From positions 4,640,001-4,704,000 of the forward strand of contig OZ242318.1 in the NCBI GenBank assembly GCA_965208105.1: a stretch of 64,000 nucleotides of DNA. The letters run 5' to 3'. Source of the stretch: Candidatus Latescibacterota bacterium (GTDB lineage: Bacteria > Latescibacterota > UBA2968 > UBA8231). The notes under the pieces are model-generated. The model worked only from the letters and a program-made list of their open reading frames with translations, did no database searches and was not told where the DNA came from. Positions within the stretch are counted from its first letter, which is position 1. Every line of letters starts with the position of its first letter. The position numbers were made by a program, and so were the translations under genes. Below, in pieces: positions 18,313-27,599 of the stretch.

Positions 18313-21300
18313 ATGGGCAGAATTCGCGTCAAGAACTCCCGTCCTCCGCTGGTTTCCCACGCCGCATTCCTGCTCTTCGCCATCCATTCCCTGGCAGGAT
18401 GCGGCACGGACTCCTCTTCCCCGGAAGAACAGCGCGCCCGCTGGCACAACAACCAGGGCGTGGTTTACATGGACCAGCATCACTACGTTCGAGCCAGGGA
18501 GGAATTCCAGCGGGCAATCGCACTGGATCCCGCCCACGCCAACAGCCACGCCAACCTGGGTATCGCCTACTACAGTCTCGGCAAGTACGACAGTGCCGGA
18601 ACGGCGTTGCGCACGGCGTTGAAACTGGACCCTGAACACCTTCACGGCCACTATACATTGGGGCTGATATACAGCGCCCAGGGCAAGCAGTACGAATTTG
18701 CCCTCCAGGCATTCGAGCAGGTCGCCCAGGCGGACCCCGACGATCCTCTGGTGCACTACTATCTCGGCCAGGTAAAGGCCAAGCTGGGAAGAGACGAGGA
18801 GGCAATAGAGGAATTGCGCAGGGCGATTCGCCTTGACCCCTACAATACCTCTGCCTACTACGCCCTCGCCAACCAGTTGAGGCGTCAAGGACATGCGGAA
18901 GAGTGGCAGGCTGTGCTCGATACATTCGACAGCTTGAGCCAGGCGGGGCACGAGGGAATTAGTACTTCATACCAGGGCCAGGGAAAGTATGCCGAGGCAG
19001 TGACAGATGCGGGTTATGCAGGTTCTGCCCGCGACGACACCAGGGGACCGTTTCTCTTCTCCAGGGCGCCGGTTCCAATGGAAGATCTTCCCGAGAAAAT
19101 CCGGTTTTCCGCGATGGAGGACTTCGACGGAGACGGAGACCCCGACCTCCTCCTGGGCGATGAAATGCCCTTGCTCTACCGCAACCTGGGCGATCGCTTT
19201 GCCCCGATCCATGATTTCGACCTCCCTCTGCCCGGGAACCTCCCGATAACCGGAGCGGTCTTTGGTGATGCCGACAATGACGGCCGCTCCGATCTGGTTC
19301 TGAGCGGCGAAAAGACCTTGTTCCTGCGCAATGAAGAGGAGGATTCCTGGGTGCTGGGGGACTCGCTGTGGGGGCCGACCCGGGGGATGGTATTCGCGGA
19401 CACCGATCACGACGGCGACCTGGATCTGCTCGCCTTGGGACGAAAGGGGACAAGGCTGTTGGCCAATGACGGCTCGGGGAGGTTCATTCCCGTTCCCGGT
19501 CCGGCCGGCATCGCCACCCGACAGCCGGGAAAGCGGGCGATCTTCTCCGATTTCGACAACGACCGCGACGTGGACGGGTTCGTCCTCGGCGCCGGTTCCG
19601 TCCAGGTCTTCACCAACAACCGGGACGGCACCTTCACCGACATCGGTGCTGAACTGGGCCTGCAGCCCCTCGATGCGGCGGATTTTTGCCTGGAGGATTT
19701 CGACCAGGACGGCTACATGGATTTAGCTGCATTGAGCACCGGCGGCGAGCTGGCAATTTTTTCCAGCCAGGCCGGCAAGGGGTTCGAATCTCAACCCGGC
19801 CTCACCGTGCCGCAAGCGCGGGTACATGGCTTGCGTCCGGCCGATTTGGATAACGACGGGGACCTGGACCTGCTGGTCTTCGGCGACCAGGGGATTCACA
19901 TTCTGGCGTACCACGAGGACAAATTTCATCTTGAAGAAGACGTGGTTGGAGCCGGGGTGGAAACAGAGCAGGTACTCGTGGCAGACTTCGACGAAGATGG
20001 CGCCGCCGATGTCTGGGCCCAGGGTAACCTTTGGCGCAACGAAGGCGAGGGAGGGCAGTGGATCAAAATCCTCCTCCAGGGGCTCAACAGCAACCGCGAC
20101 GGGATCGGGTCCAAGGTCGAAGTAAAGACCGCCAACCGCCATCAGAAGAGAGTGGTGAGGGGAGGAAGCGAGGATTTCCGCACCTTGAATTTCGGCCTGG
20201 CCGCGGCGGACTCGGTGGAGTTCGTCAGAGTCCTCTGGCCCAGCGGGGTGCGCCAGACGGAACTTGCGACAAAAGCGGCTCAGAGGCTGACCCTCACCGA
20301 ACTGAACCGCAAGGGTACTTCCTGTCCCATTCTCTACGCCTGGAATGGTGAGGAGTTCAGCTTCGTCACCGACATACTCGGCGGCTCCATTATCGGCTAC
20401 CTGCTGGCTCCGGGCGAGTACTATACCCCTGATACGGACGAATACGTCCGGCTGGGCGGGATTGTCCCTAGGGATGGCAGCTACGTCTTGCAATTAACCA
20501 ACCAGCTCGAGGAAGTGATCTACCTTGACGCCATGCATCTGGTGGCAGTGGATCATCCCGCTGGAGTGGAGGTCTACCCCAACGAACGCCTGCTATCCTC
20601 ACCGCCGTATCCGGATTTCCGCCTCTATGCCTTGAAAGATCTGAAGCCCCCCGAGAGAGCAGCCGACCATCTCGGCAGGAACATAATCGCGCCGTTGCGC
20701 AGCATAGACGACGACTGGTACGAGGGCTTCGAGCGCGAGCGCATCCACGGCTACGCCCGCGATTACACCATCGAGCTCGATCTGGGAGACCTGGGCGATT
20801 GTGACCATCCCGTGCTCCTGGGATACGGCTGGGTGGATTATGCCCACTCCAGCTCAAATTGGTCCGCCGCGCAACAGGGACTGGCGCTCTATCCCCCCCG
20901 ACTGGAGGTTGCAGACGGCAAGGGCGACTGGATCGAGGTGAGCGCCGACATGGGTTCTCCGGCCGGTCTGCCCAAGTATCTGCTGTTCGACCTGAAAGGT
21001 CTTTTCCACAGCGAGGATTACCGCCTGCGCATCAGCACCAACACCCCGATCTACTGGGACCAGTTCCTGGTGGGAAGAGCGGTGGACACCAGGCTCGAGG
21101 TCCACCGATTGCGTCCCGACTCCGGCGACCTGCACTGGCGCGGCTATCCCGAACATACATCCATCAAGGGTACCTTTGCCTTCCGCTACCACTACGACCG
21201 CCTGCGGCAACACGCCGATTGGGGTGCCCACCGCGGTGCCTTTACCCGCTTCGGCGAGGTCACGGAACTGGTGGGCGCGGTGGACGATAAATTCGTAATC

Positions 21301-21573
21301 ATGTTTCACGGAGACGAACTGACCGCCGCCTTCGACGCCGGGCACCTGCCCCCCCTGAAAGCTGGCAGCCAGCGCACTTTCCTGCTCTACGCCGATGGAT
21401 TCGGCAAGGACATGGACTTCCATTCTGCCCACTCCCTGACCGTGGCTCCCCTGCCCTTCCACTCCATGTCGGGTTATCCCTACCCTGAGACCGAGACCTA
21501 TCCCCGGGACCAGGAGCATCTGGACTACTTGTTGGAGTACAACACCCGCCGAATCAAGGGCTACTATGAATGA
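18313..21573 (+). CDS. TPR + FG-GAP repeat + ASPIC/UnbV (CRTAC1-like) lipoprotein
   Basis: Lipobox 'LAGC' and N-terminal TPRs. Many DxDxDGxxDL repeats. UnbV 'SNRDGIGSKVEV...LNFGL...VRVLWPSG', then an 'SCPILYAWNG' C-terminal domain. Confidence 0.85.
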   Translation: MGRIRVKNSRPPLVSHAAFLLFAIHSLAGCGTDSSSPEEQRARWHNNQGVVYMDQHHYVRAREEFQRAIALDPAHANSHANLGIAYYSLGKYDSAGTALRTALKLDPEHLHGHYTLGLIYSAQGKQYEFALQAFEQVAQADPDDPLVHYYLGQVKAKLGRDEEAIEELRRAIRLDPYNTSAYYALANQLRRQGHAEEWQAVLDTFDSLSQAGHEGISTSYQGQGKYAEAVTDAGYAGSARDDTRGPFLFSRAPVPMEDLPEKIRFSAMEDFDGDGDPDLLLGDEMPLLYRNLGDRFAPIHDFDLPLPGNLPITGAVFGDADNDGRSDLVLSGEKTLFLRNEEEDSWVLGDSLWGPTRGMVFADTDHDGDLDLLALGRKGTRLLANDGSGRFIPVPGPAGIATRQPGKRAIFSDFDNDRDVDGFVLGAGSVQVFTNNRDGTFTDIGAELGLQPLDAADFCLEDFDQDGYMDLAALSTGGELAIFSSQAGKGFESQPGLTVPQARVHGLRPADLDNDGDLDLLVFGDQGIHILAYHEDKFHLEEDVVGAGVETEQVLVADFDEDGAADVWAQGNLWRNEGEGGQWIKILLQGLNSNRDGIGSKVEVKTANRHQKRVVRGGSEDFRTLNFGLAAADSVEFVRVLWPSGVRQTELATKAAQRLTLTELNRKGTSCPILYAWNGEEFSFVTDILGGSIIGYLLAPGEYYTPDTDEYVRLGGIVPRDGSYVLQLTNQLEEVIYLDAMHLVAVDHPAGVEVYPNERLLSSPPYPDFRLYALKDLKPPERAADHLGRNIIAPLRSIDDDWYEGFERERIHGYARDYTIELDLGDLGDCDHPVLLGYGWVDYAHSSSNWSAAQQGLALYPPRLEVADGKGDWIEVSADMGSPAGLPKYLLFDLKGLFHSEDYRLRISTNTPIYWDQFLVGRAVDTRLEVHRLRPDSGDLHWRGYPEHTSIKGTFAFRYHYDRLRQHADWGAHRGAFTRFGEVTELVGAVDDKFVIMFHGDELTAAFDAGHLPPLKAGSQRTFLLYADGFGKDMDFHSAHSLTVAPLPFHSMSGYPYPETETYPRDQEHLDYLLEYNTRRIKGYYE

Positions 21574-21771
21574 CCGCAGCTTGAGGGGATCGTGGGATGC
21601 ATGAAACCACCGGCCGCGCATCCCCTGAATTCCTGATCCTACTCCCATTCCTCCCCGCATCCACCGCCCTAGGTTCAAATGTCGAGACGCCGATTCAGAG
21701 TCCCCGGCAGCCCCGGCTCTGCAGCTGACGCGGAGGAGGACCATGGGCCAGGCCGGAAATACGGCAGCCGG

Positions 21772-23967
21772 ATGAGGATGGGGCTGAGAAGATTTAATGC
21801 GAACCTCTCTCCCGCGGTTCGCCGTTCTTGCGTTCGCCTTTGGGGCCAGGCGAAAATTGATAAACTGCTTTTGAGGAACATCGGGTACTGTACGTCTGGA
21901 TGGCTGGTGCTGTACATTCTCTTTCTCGCGGCAATCTACGTCTCATTCAGCGACAATCTGCCCGACATCGACGATTGGAGTTTCCAACCCAAGCGCATAA
22001 CCAGGGTCTTCTCTTCCGATGGTCAGCACCTCAAGGACTTTCTCGAGGAGAACCGCGAAATCCTCACCTACGAGGAAATACCCCTGGCGATGACAGACGC
22101 TCTCATCGCCACCGAGGACCAGCGTTTTTTCTTCCACTGGGGCATTGATCTGCGCCGCATTTTCGGGGCCATTTTCGCAAATGTCAAATCGATGAGCCTG
22201 ACAGCCCAGGGTGCCAGTACGCTCACCCAGCAGTTGGCCCGCAACGTTTTTGCCCAGGTAGGCAGAGAGCGAGGCAGTGGATCGCTGGAGGAGGTCAGGG
22301 CAACCTACGCCCGAAAGGTCCGCGAGCAGATCATGGCGGTAAATATCGAGCGATTGTATACCAAGCGGGAAATCTTGACCATGTATCTCAACACGGTCTA
22401 TATGGGGCACGGACGCTATGGTCTCAAATCAGCGGCCCGCTTCTATTTCGACAAGGATGTCGAGGACTTGAAGGTTGAGGAGTGCGCCATGCTGGTTGCC
22501 ATCCTGAAGGCTCCCTCCACCTACAGCCCCCTGAGGAATCCCGACAGGACTTTCATACGCCGCAACCAGGTTCTGCTCAATCTCGTGGGTGTCGGGAAAC
22601 TTTCAGAGCCCGCCTACCAGGAGCGGCGGCAGCAGCCTGTCAAAATACGGCGCAGCAAGCACGCGGAGACCTATGGATTGGCTCCTTACTTCATCGAATA
22701 CGTACGCCGGCAACTGGAAGATGAATACGGTATGGCCTTCAAACGCGATGGCTTGACGGTCTACACGACCCTCGACTCGCGCCTGCAGCGCATTGCCGAG
22801 AAACACTTCGCCATCGAGATCGGCAAGGTCCAGAAGAAGGTAGACAGATATCTGGCCAACAAGGGTCCGGGGGAAGGCCTGCCAGACTCCGCCGTGGTAC
22901 AGGCTGCGTTCGTGGCCATCGATCAGAAAAACGGCCGCGTTCTGGCCATGATCGGAGGCCGAAATTTCAGGGAGAGCAACTGGAACCGCGCAACGCAGGC
23001 CAGGAGACTTCCCGGCTCTGCCTTCAAGCCTTTTGTCTACACCGCGGCTATCGACAACAATCGATTCACCATAGATGTGATGGAAGACAACGCCATCACC
23101 ATCTGGGAGAACAACCGGCTCTGGGACCCGGAGAACTACGATAAAAAATTCAAGGGCCCCATGACCCTGCGCGAAGGACTCAAGCAATCGCGGAACCTGA
23201 TCGCCATCAAGCTGGCTGATGAAATCGGCCCGGAACTCATCAAGCGCTATGCCAGGAACATGGGCATTACTACTCCCATCAGCGCCGTCCCCAGCATCGG
23301 CATCGGTACGAGTGCGGTTCACCTCATCGACCTGGTAGCGGCCTACTGCGTCTTCCCCAATAAAGGAATCTATGTAGAGCCAGTGATGGTGAGCCGTATT
23401 TCCGACCGCGAGGGCCGCCTCGTATTCGAGCGGCAGGAGGGACGCAAGCGCGAGGTGCTGAGGCCGGCGGTGACGGTCGTTATGACCGATTTGATGCGCT
23501 CGGTGATCGACGAGCCCGGCGGCACCGGGCATTCAATCCGCTATCGCTACCATTTCAATGCCCCTGCCGCGGGAAAGACCGGGACAACCAACGACTACGC
23601 CGACGCCTGGTTTATCGGATATACTCCACATATCGCCGTCGGGGTTTGGGTGGGCATGGACGATCCCAGCCTCAGTCTGTGGCCGAAACAGACCGGCTCC
23701 GGGGCTGCTCTTCCTCTTTGGGCGCGTTTCATGGAAGAAGTCTATCGCGAGGTGGAACCCTACCGCAGCAGGGCCAGGGAACCCTTCGATTATCCCGAAG
23801 ATTTGGTGGTTGAGCTTCCGGTCTGCAAAGACACCAACAAACTGGCAGGCAAGTACTGCCCGGACCAGAGCAAGGACCTCTTCATCTGGAATGAAGCGCT
23901 ACCCGAATATTGCCCTTTGCACGGAGGCGATGGGAAGGTGCGTTCGAGTCTGGGCCGGAGATTCTGA
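21772..23967 (+). CDS. class A penicillin-binding protein (PBP1A family)
   Basis: TG motifs 'ATEDQRF', 'GASTLTQQLARN' and 'RKVREQ'. TP motifs 'SAFK', 'SRN' and 'KTGT'. The ORF is open from 21679; the start is uncertain. Confidence 0.93.
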   Translation: MRMGLRRFNANLSPAVRRSCVRLWGQAKIDKLLLRNIGYCTSGWLVLYILFLAAIYVSFSDNLPDIDDWSFQPKRITRVFSSDGQHLKDFLEENREILTYEEIPLAMTDALIATEDQRFFFHWGIDLRRIFGAIFANVKSMSLTAQGASTLTQQLARNVFAQVGRERGSGSLEEVRATYARKVREQIMAVNIERLYTKREILTMYLNTVYMGHGRYGLKSAARFYFDKDVEDLKVEECAMLVAILKAPSTYSPLRNPDRTFIRRNQVLLNLVGVGKLSEPAYQERRQQPVKIRRSKHAETYGLAPYFIEYVRRQLEDEYGMAFKRDGLTVYTTLDSRLQRIAEKHFAIEIGKVQKKVDRYLANKGPGEGLPDSAVVQAAFVAIDQKNGRVLAMIGGRNFRESNWNRATQARRLPGSAFKPFVYTAAIDNNRFTIDVMEDNAITIWENNRLWDPENYDKKFKGPMTLREGLKQSRNLIAIKLADEIGPELIKRYARNMGITTPISAVPSIGIGTSAVHLIDLVAAYCVFPNKGIYVEPVMVSRISDREGRLVFERQEGRKREVLRPAVTVVMTDLMRSVIDEPGGTGHSIRYRYHFNAPAAGKTGTTNDYADAWFIGYTPHIAVGVWVGMDDPSLSLWPKQTGSGAALPLWARFMEEVYREVEPYRSRAREPFDYPEDLVVELPVCKDTNKLAGKYCPDQSKDLFIWNEALPEYCPLHGGDGKVRSSLGRRF

Positions 23968-24066
23968 AGCCTGGGGATCCGAGCTGCCCGAAGAGAATCG
24001 CATGGCAGCCCAAGGGAGTGAGGGGCGGCACCCATGGCCCGCGGGAGGAAGATGTCCGGCAGGAAG

Positions 24067-24729
24067 CTAAAAAACGAAGAAAATATAGAACAAACCTCCA
24101 ATGATACTTGCGGATAGACCGCGTTCGATTACCCTGCTGCCCGTCTCCGACATGGTGCGGGTAACCTCCGTTCCTCCCCCCAGAAGCTGGATTCTGTCCG
24201 CCGGAACCCGATCCATTTCATGGGCCTCAATTCGCCTGGTCCAAAGGACTCTTCCACCGGGGTCATGTAATCGCAGAAAAAGATTTCCATACGCTTCGCG
24301 CTGGACCCAGGACCTGACCGAAAACCATTTTTCTTTCCATGGCGTGTAGAGTACCTTGGGATCGGCGAGCCGGTAGTGCAACACCCCTGCCTCGGAGATA
24401 CCTTGCCGTGGTGGCTTGAGAACAATCCTGAAGCCGCGGCGTATCAGAACCTCCATCAATACATCCTCGGCAATCCAGTTCCTGGCGCTTTCCTTTTGCC
24501 CTTGCAGAAAAATCCGGGCATTGGGGGCCAAGGGAAATTCGCCCAGCGCGTCCTCCAAGGATTTCCTGAGAGCCAGGCTGACAAGTTGCACATCGGTCGT
24601 GTATATGGAATCATCCACCGACGCAAGGGAGGGGCGGATGCTGAATGGCGAACGAACCTGGAAGTTCGTGCCCTCCCCACCAGTGACCAGGACCAGGCAA
24701 AACGCGGCCAGCCAAATCATTGCGGACAT
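24067..24729 (-). CDS. hypothetical exported protein with C-terminal hydrophobic anchor
   Basis: N-terminal signal-like 'MIWLAAFCLVLV' and C-terminal 'SASIIGGLFYIFFVF'. No family recognised. Confidence 0.6.
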   Translation of the reverse strand: MSAMIWLAAFCLVLVTGGEGTNFQVRSPFSIRPSLASVDDSIYTTDVQLVSLALRKSLEDALGEFPLAPNARIFLQGQKESARNWIAEDVLMEVLIRRGFRIVLKPPRQGISEAGVLHYRLADPKVLYTPWKEKWFSVRSWVQREAYGNLFLRLHDPGGRVLWTRRIEAHEMDRVPADRIQLLGGGTEVTRTMSETGSRVIERGLSASIIGGLFYIFFVF

Positions 24730-24949
24730 ATTTGGGTCTCTTGCCTGTCCCTTCCACGGTTGGACAACAGCACCTCGGAGGTGTCTTCAGGGTTGCGCCC
24801 AGGTGTGATTCGATGGTCCCGAACTGCTTTTTTATCTAGGGCTTGCAGCGGACGAAGCTTAAGGGAAAGGGACTTGCCTGTCAAGCTGCTTGCCGTCCAT
24901 GCCGGCAGGGTCCTGAAAGGTTGGCGGAAGGCTGGGCAGCAGAAAAGGC

Positions 24950-24979
24950 TTGACTTGGCAAGCATCATCTAAATACGTT
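24950..24979 (+). promoter_or_regulatory. possible sigma70-type promoter for the ytfI/ytfJ-like pair
   Basis: TTGACT-N18-TACGTT in an AT-rich patch upstream of 25026. Confidence 0.35.
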
Positions 24980-25025
24980 ATGGACAGATATTTAACTTCA
25001 ATGTTTATCCTTACTTGAGCAGATT

Positions 25026-25730
25026 GTGACAGAGTCTATCCCCTACCTCGTCCTGGGCGTCGTCCTTCTATTTTTCCTGGTGCCAAGCGCCATCGGACTG
25101 AGGATTGAACGCCGCAGAGACCAGGTCTCTCCCGATTTGCGGATTGATATGGCTTTTTTGGGTGGGGTGGCGGGCATTCGCATAGGGATGGAAGCTGGGG
25201 AGTGGTCCCTCTATCCTCTCCTGGGCCCCTGGAGGCTCAGGCTGCTTCGCCTGCGACTGGGAATGGGAAGATGGCCCGCAAAGAGAAAGAGTCCAACCCC
25301 AAATGGCCAACGACCGTCCAGGCAAGGGAGAGCATCGCGCGGGGTCTCCAAACCACCGGGTCGGCGCCTGTATGACCGGGCCCGCTTGTATTTCCCCTTG
25401 GGCATGGACCTGCTCAAAAGACTGCGCCGGACCCTGGTCCTGAGGAAACTTCAAATGAAGGGGGCCCTGGGATTCGAGGACCCGGCTAAAACCGGTTGCG
25501 CGGCCGCTTGCCTTCAAGGTCTGACGATCATTAGCAGCAAGAGGATCGAGATAGATTTCAGCCCCGATTTCGAACGTCCCGGCCTGCGCGGCCGCCTGTA
25601 CCTGGACTTTCGCCTGCACCTGGGCTATCTGCTTGTCCTTGCCCTGATTCTCGCCATCAAGGCTGCCTTGGGTCGGCTGGTCGCCCGTGCTCCGGGCTTC
25701 CTTGCAGCGCCAGGATCGAGCAGGATTTGA
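25026..25730 (+). CDS. DUF2953 (YtfI-like) membrane protein
   Basis: N-terminal TM helix, 'LGFEDPAKTG' and 'IDFSPDFE'. Lies directly upstream of a YtfJ homologue. Confidence 0.65.
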   Translation: MTESIPYLVLGVVLLFFLVPSAIGLRIERRRDQVSPDLRIDMAFLGGVAGIRIGMEAGEWSLYPLLGPWRLRLLRLRLGMGRWPAKRKSPTPNGQRPSRQGRASRGVSKPPGRRLYDRARLYFPLGMDLLKRLRRTLVLRKLQMKGALGFEDPAKTGCAAACLQGLTIISSKRIEIDFSPDFERPGLRGRLYLDFRLHLGYLLVLALILAIKAALGRLVARAPGFLAAPGSSRI

Positions 25731-25899
25731 AAGATTGGAAAATCGTTTGCTCCCTGGGTGTGAGGGGAAGAGGTAGGTTGGAGGAGGTGGTCACGGAGCT
25801 CCTGCACTCAAGGGCACCTGGAGGGGGAGATCAACGCGAACCACTGTACTCTCTGCTGCGTCCAGCAAGCCCCAATCCTAAATGAATGGAGACCGGCCA

Positions 25900-26304
25900 A
25901 TGTCATCATCCGTCGAAACCCTTATCGAGCGCGTACTCAACGAGCTGCATCGCATCATCAAGACAGAAACGGTTGTAGGAGAGCCCGTAAAAGCGGGCGA
26001 TTCCACCCTGATTCCGGTTTCCAGGATCTCCTTTGGATTTGGAGCAGGCTCCGGGCAGAAGGATGGCAAGGGCCAGAGCGGAACGGGGGGCGGAGCTGCC
26101 GTAGAGCCTATCGCCTTTGTAGTAATCAATGCCGAGGGCGAGGTTCAGATTCTGCCGCTGCACGAAAAAGAACCCGGCCTCGGCCATCTGGTTGAACTTG
26201 TGCCGGAAGCCCTGGCAAAGGTCAGAAAGTTCGTTGGCAAAAAGAAGGGCAGAGATGAGGGTGCGGTTGAATCCGGGCCGGAGGGCGGGGAACCACCCCG
26301 GTGA
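25900..26304 (+). CDS. GerW/YtfJ family protein
   Basis: 'TETVVGEPV...TLIPVSRISFGFGAGSG...GTGGGAAVEPIAFVVI'. Confidence 0.88.
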   Translation: MSSSVETLIERVLNELHRIIKTETVVGEPVKAGDSTLIPVSRISFGFGAGSGQKDGKGQSGTGGGAAVEPIAFVVINAEGEVQILPLHEKEPGLGHLVELVPEALAKVRKFVGKKKGRDEGAVESGPEGGEPPR

Positions 26305-26333
26305 TGGTCGAAGGTGGCGGGGAAGATTCCTAT

Positions 26334-27407
26334 CTATTCATTCGGAGGCCGATAAAGCTGGCCACAAGCCGCGGAAATATCGCGCCCTCTGCTCTCGCGG
26401 AGCGTGATGGATGCGGACGAGCGTTCCTTCAGCAACTGCTGGAAACGGCTTGTGCGCTGCTTCGGAGGTCGACGGTATGGGCTGTCGCCGCCCAATTCGT
26501 TGTAGGGAATCAAGTTGATCTTGCAGGGTAGGTCCCGAGTGAGAAAGGCCAGGCGCACGGCGTCCTGGTCCGCATCATTCACGCCGTCCAGCAGCACGTA
26601 TTCAAAAGTGACCCGGCGGCCGCGGAGATCGTAGAATTCTCTGGCGGCATCGAGCAGATCGGCAATTTTATATCCCCGGCCAATGGGCATCAGGAGTTCC
26701 CGCCCGGAGTCCGTCGTGGCATTGAGAGAGATGGCAAGGCCAACATTCAAGTCTTCCCTGGCCAGTTTGCGGATCCCGGGGAGATAACCTGCCGTCGACA
26801 CGGTGATTTTTCGGCCGCCGATGCCGGGTCCAGGGTCCAAACGCATGAGGCGCAGGGCGCGTACTACATTTTCGTAGTTCAGAAGCGGCTCTCCCATACC
26901 CATCATCACTACATTAGTCACCCGCTCTCCGCGTTTTCGCAATGCCTGGTTCAAACGGATCAACTGGTCGATGATCTGACCGGGGCTCAGGTTGCGAATG
27001 AATCCCATTCGGCCGGTAGCACAGAACTTGCAGTCCAGGGCGCACCCCACTTGCGAAGACAGACAGGCGGTACGGCGGTCTCCCTCCTCTATCATCACGG
27101 ACTCGATGCACTCGCCCGTGGGCAGTTCGAAGAGAAATTTGACGGTGCGGTCCCTGGGAGATTCCCTTCGCTCCACTTCCCGCAGGGTGCTGACCCATGC
27201 AAGTTTTTTCAAGGCCTCTCTGAAAGGCTTGGACAGATCGGTCATCTCGTCGAGGTCGGTGGTGCCTTTGCCGTAGATCCAGGAGGCCAATTGCCCCGCC
27301 CGATACTGCTGCTGGCCCATGCGGCCGACCAGGCGGCTCAGTTCATGTGGCAGTAGACCCTTCAAGTCTATACGGCTGGATTTGCTGGATTTGTCGGTTT
27401 CCTTCAT
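26334..27407 (-). CDS. rlmN: 23S rRNA m2A2503 / tRNA radical SAM methyltransferase RlmN
   Basis: 'CLSSQVGCALDCKFCATG', 'MGMGEPLLN' and C-terminal 'RGRDISAACGQL'. Start set at the ATG at 27407. Confidence 0.96.
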   Translation of the reverse strand: MKETDKSSKSSRIDLKGLLPHELSRLVGRMGQQQYRAGQLASWIYGKGTTDLDEMTDLSKPFREALKKLAWVSTLREVERRESPRDRTVKFLFELPTGECIESVMIEEGDRRTACLSSQVGCALDCKFCATGRMGFIRNLSPGQIIDQLIRLNQALRKRGERVTNVVMMGMGEPLLNYENVVRALRLMRLDPGPGIGGRKITVSTAGYLPGIRKLAREDLNVGLAISLNATTDSGRELLMPIGRGYKIADLLDAAREFYDLRGRRVTFEYVLLDGVNDADQDAVRLAFLTRDLPCKINLIPYNELGGDSPYRRPPKQRTSRFQQLLKERSSASITLRESRGRDISAACGQLYRPPNE

Positions 27408-27456
27408 AACGAAGCTATTTTTCCATTCTTGAAGCGCGTTTGTCCTCAAAAACAGC

Positions 27457-27492
27457 TTGACTGTTTGTTGTCGTAGGTTTATTATAATAAAC
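27457..27492. promoter_or_regulatory. divergent promoter region with perfect 16-bp palindrome
   Basis: TTGACT(27457)-N17-TATTAT. The palindrome GTTTATTATAATAAAC (27477-27492) carries TATAAT on both strands. Confidence 0.6.
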
Positions 27493-27599
27493 AGGTTTAT
27501 AAAAAGAGTCCATCGCTTGGAGCATCGGCATTTTTCTTCCTTCCCCCCGCGTCGGTGCAATTCCAATCCCCGTTTTCACAGTTTTGCCATTTCTACGCA

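Noticed and set aside
21585-21645. Inverted repeat GGGATGC...GCATCCC after the UnbV gene as a riboswitch/ncRNA
   Set aside because: Only a short stem, with no recognisable riboswitch consensus.
24717-24968. 83-aa minus-strand ORF
   Set aside because: It sits in the divergent promoter region, overlaps a promoter-like motif, and has no motif or SD.
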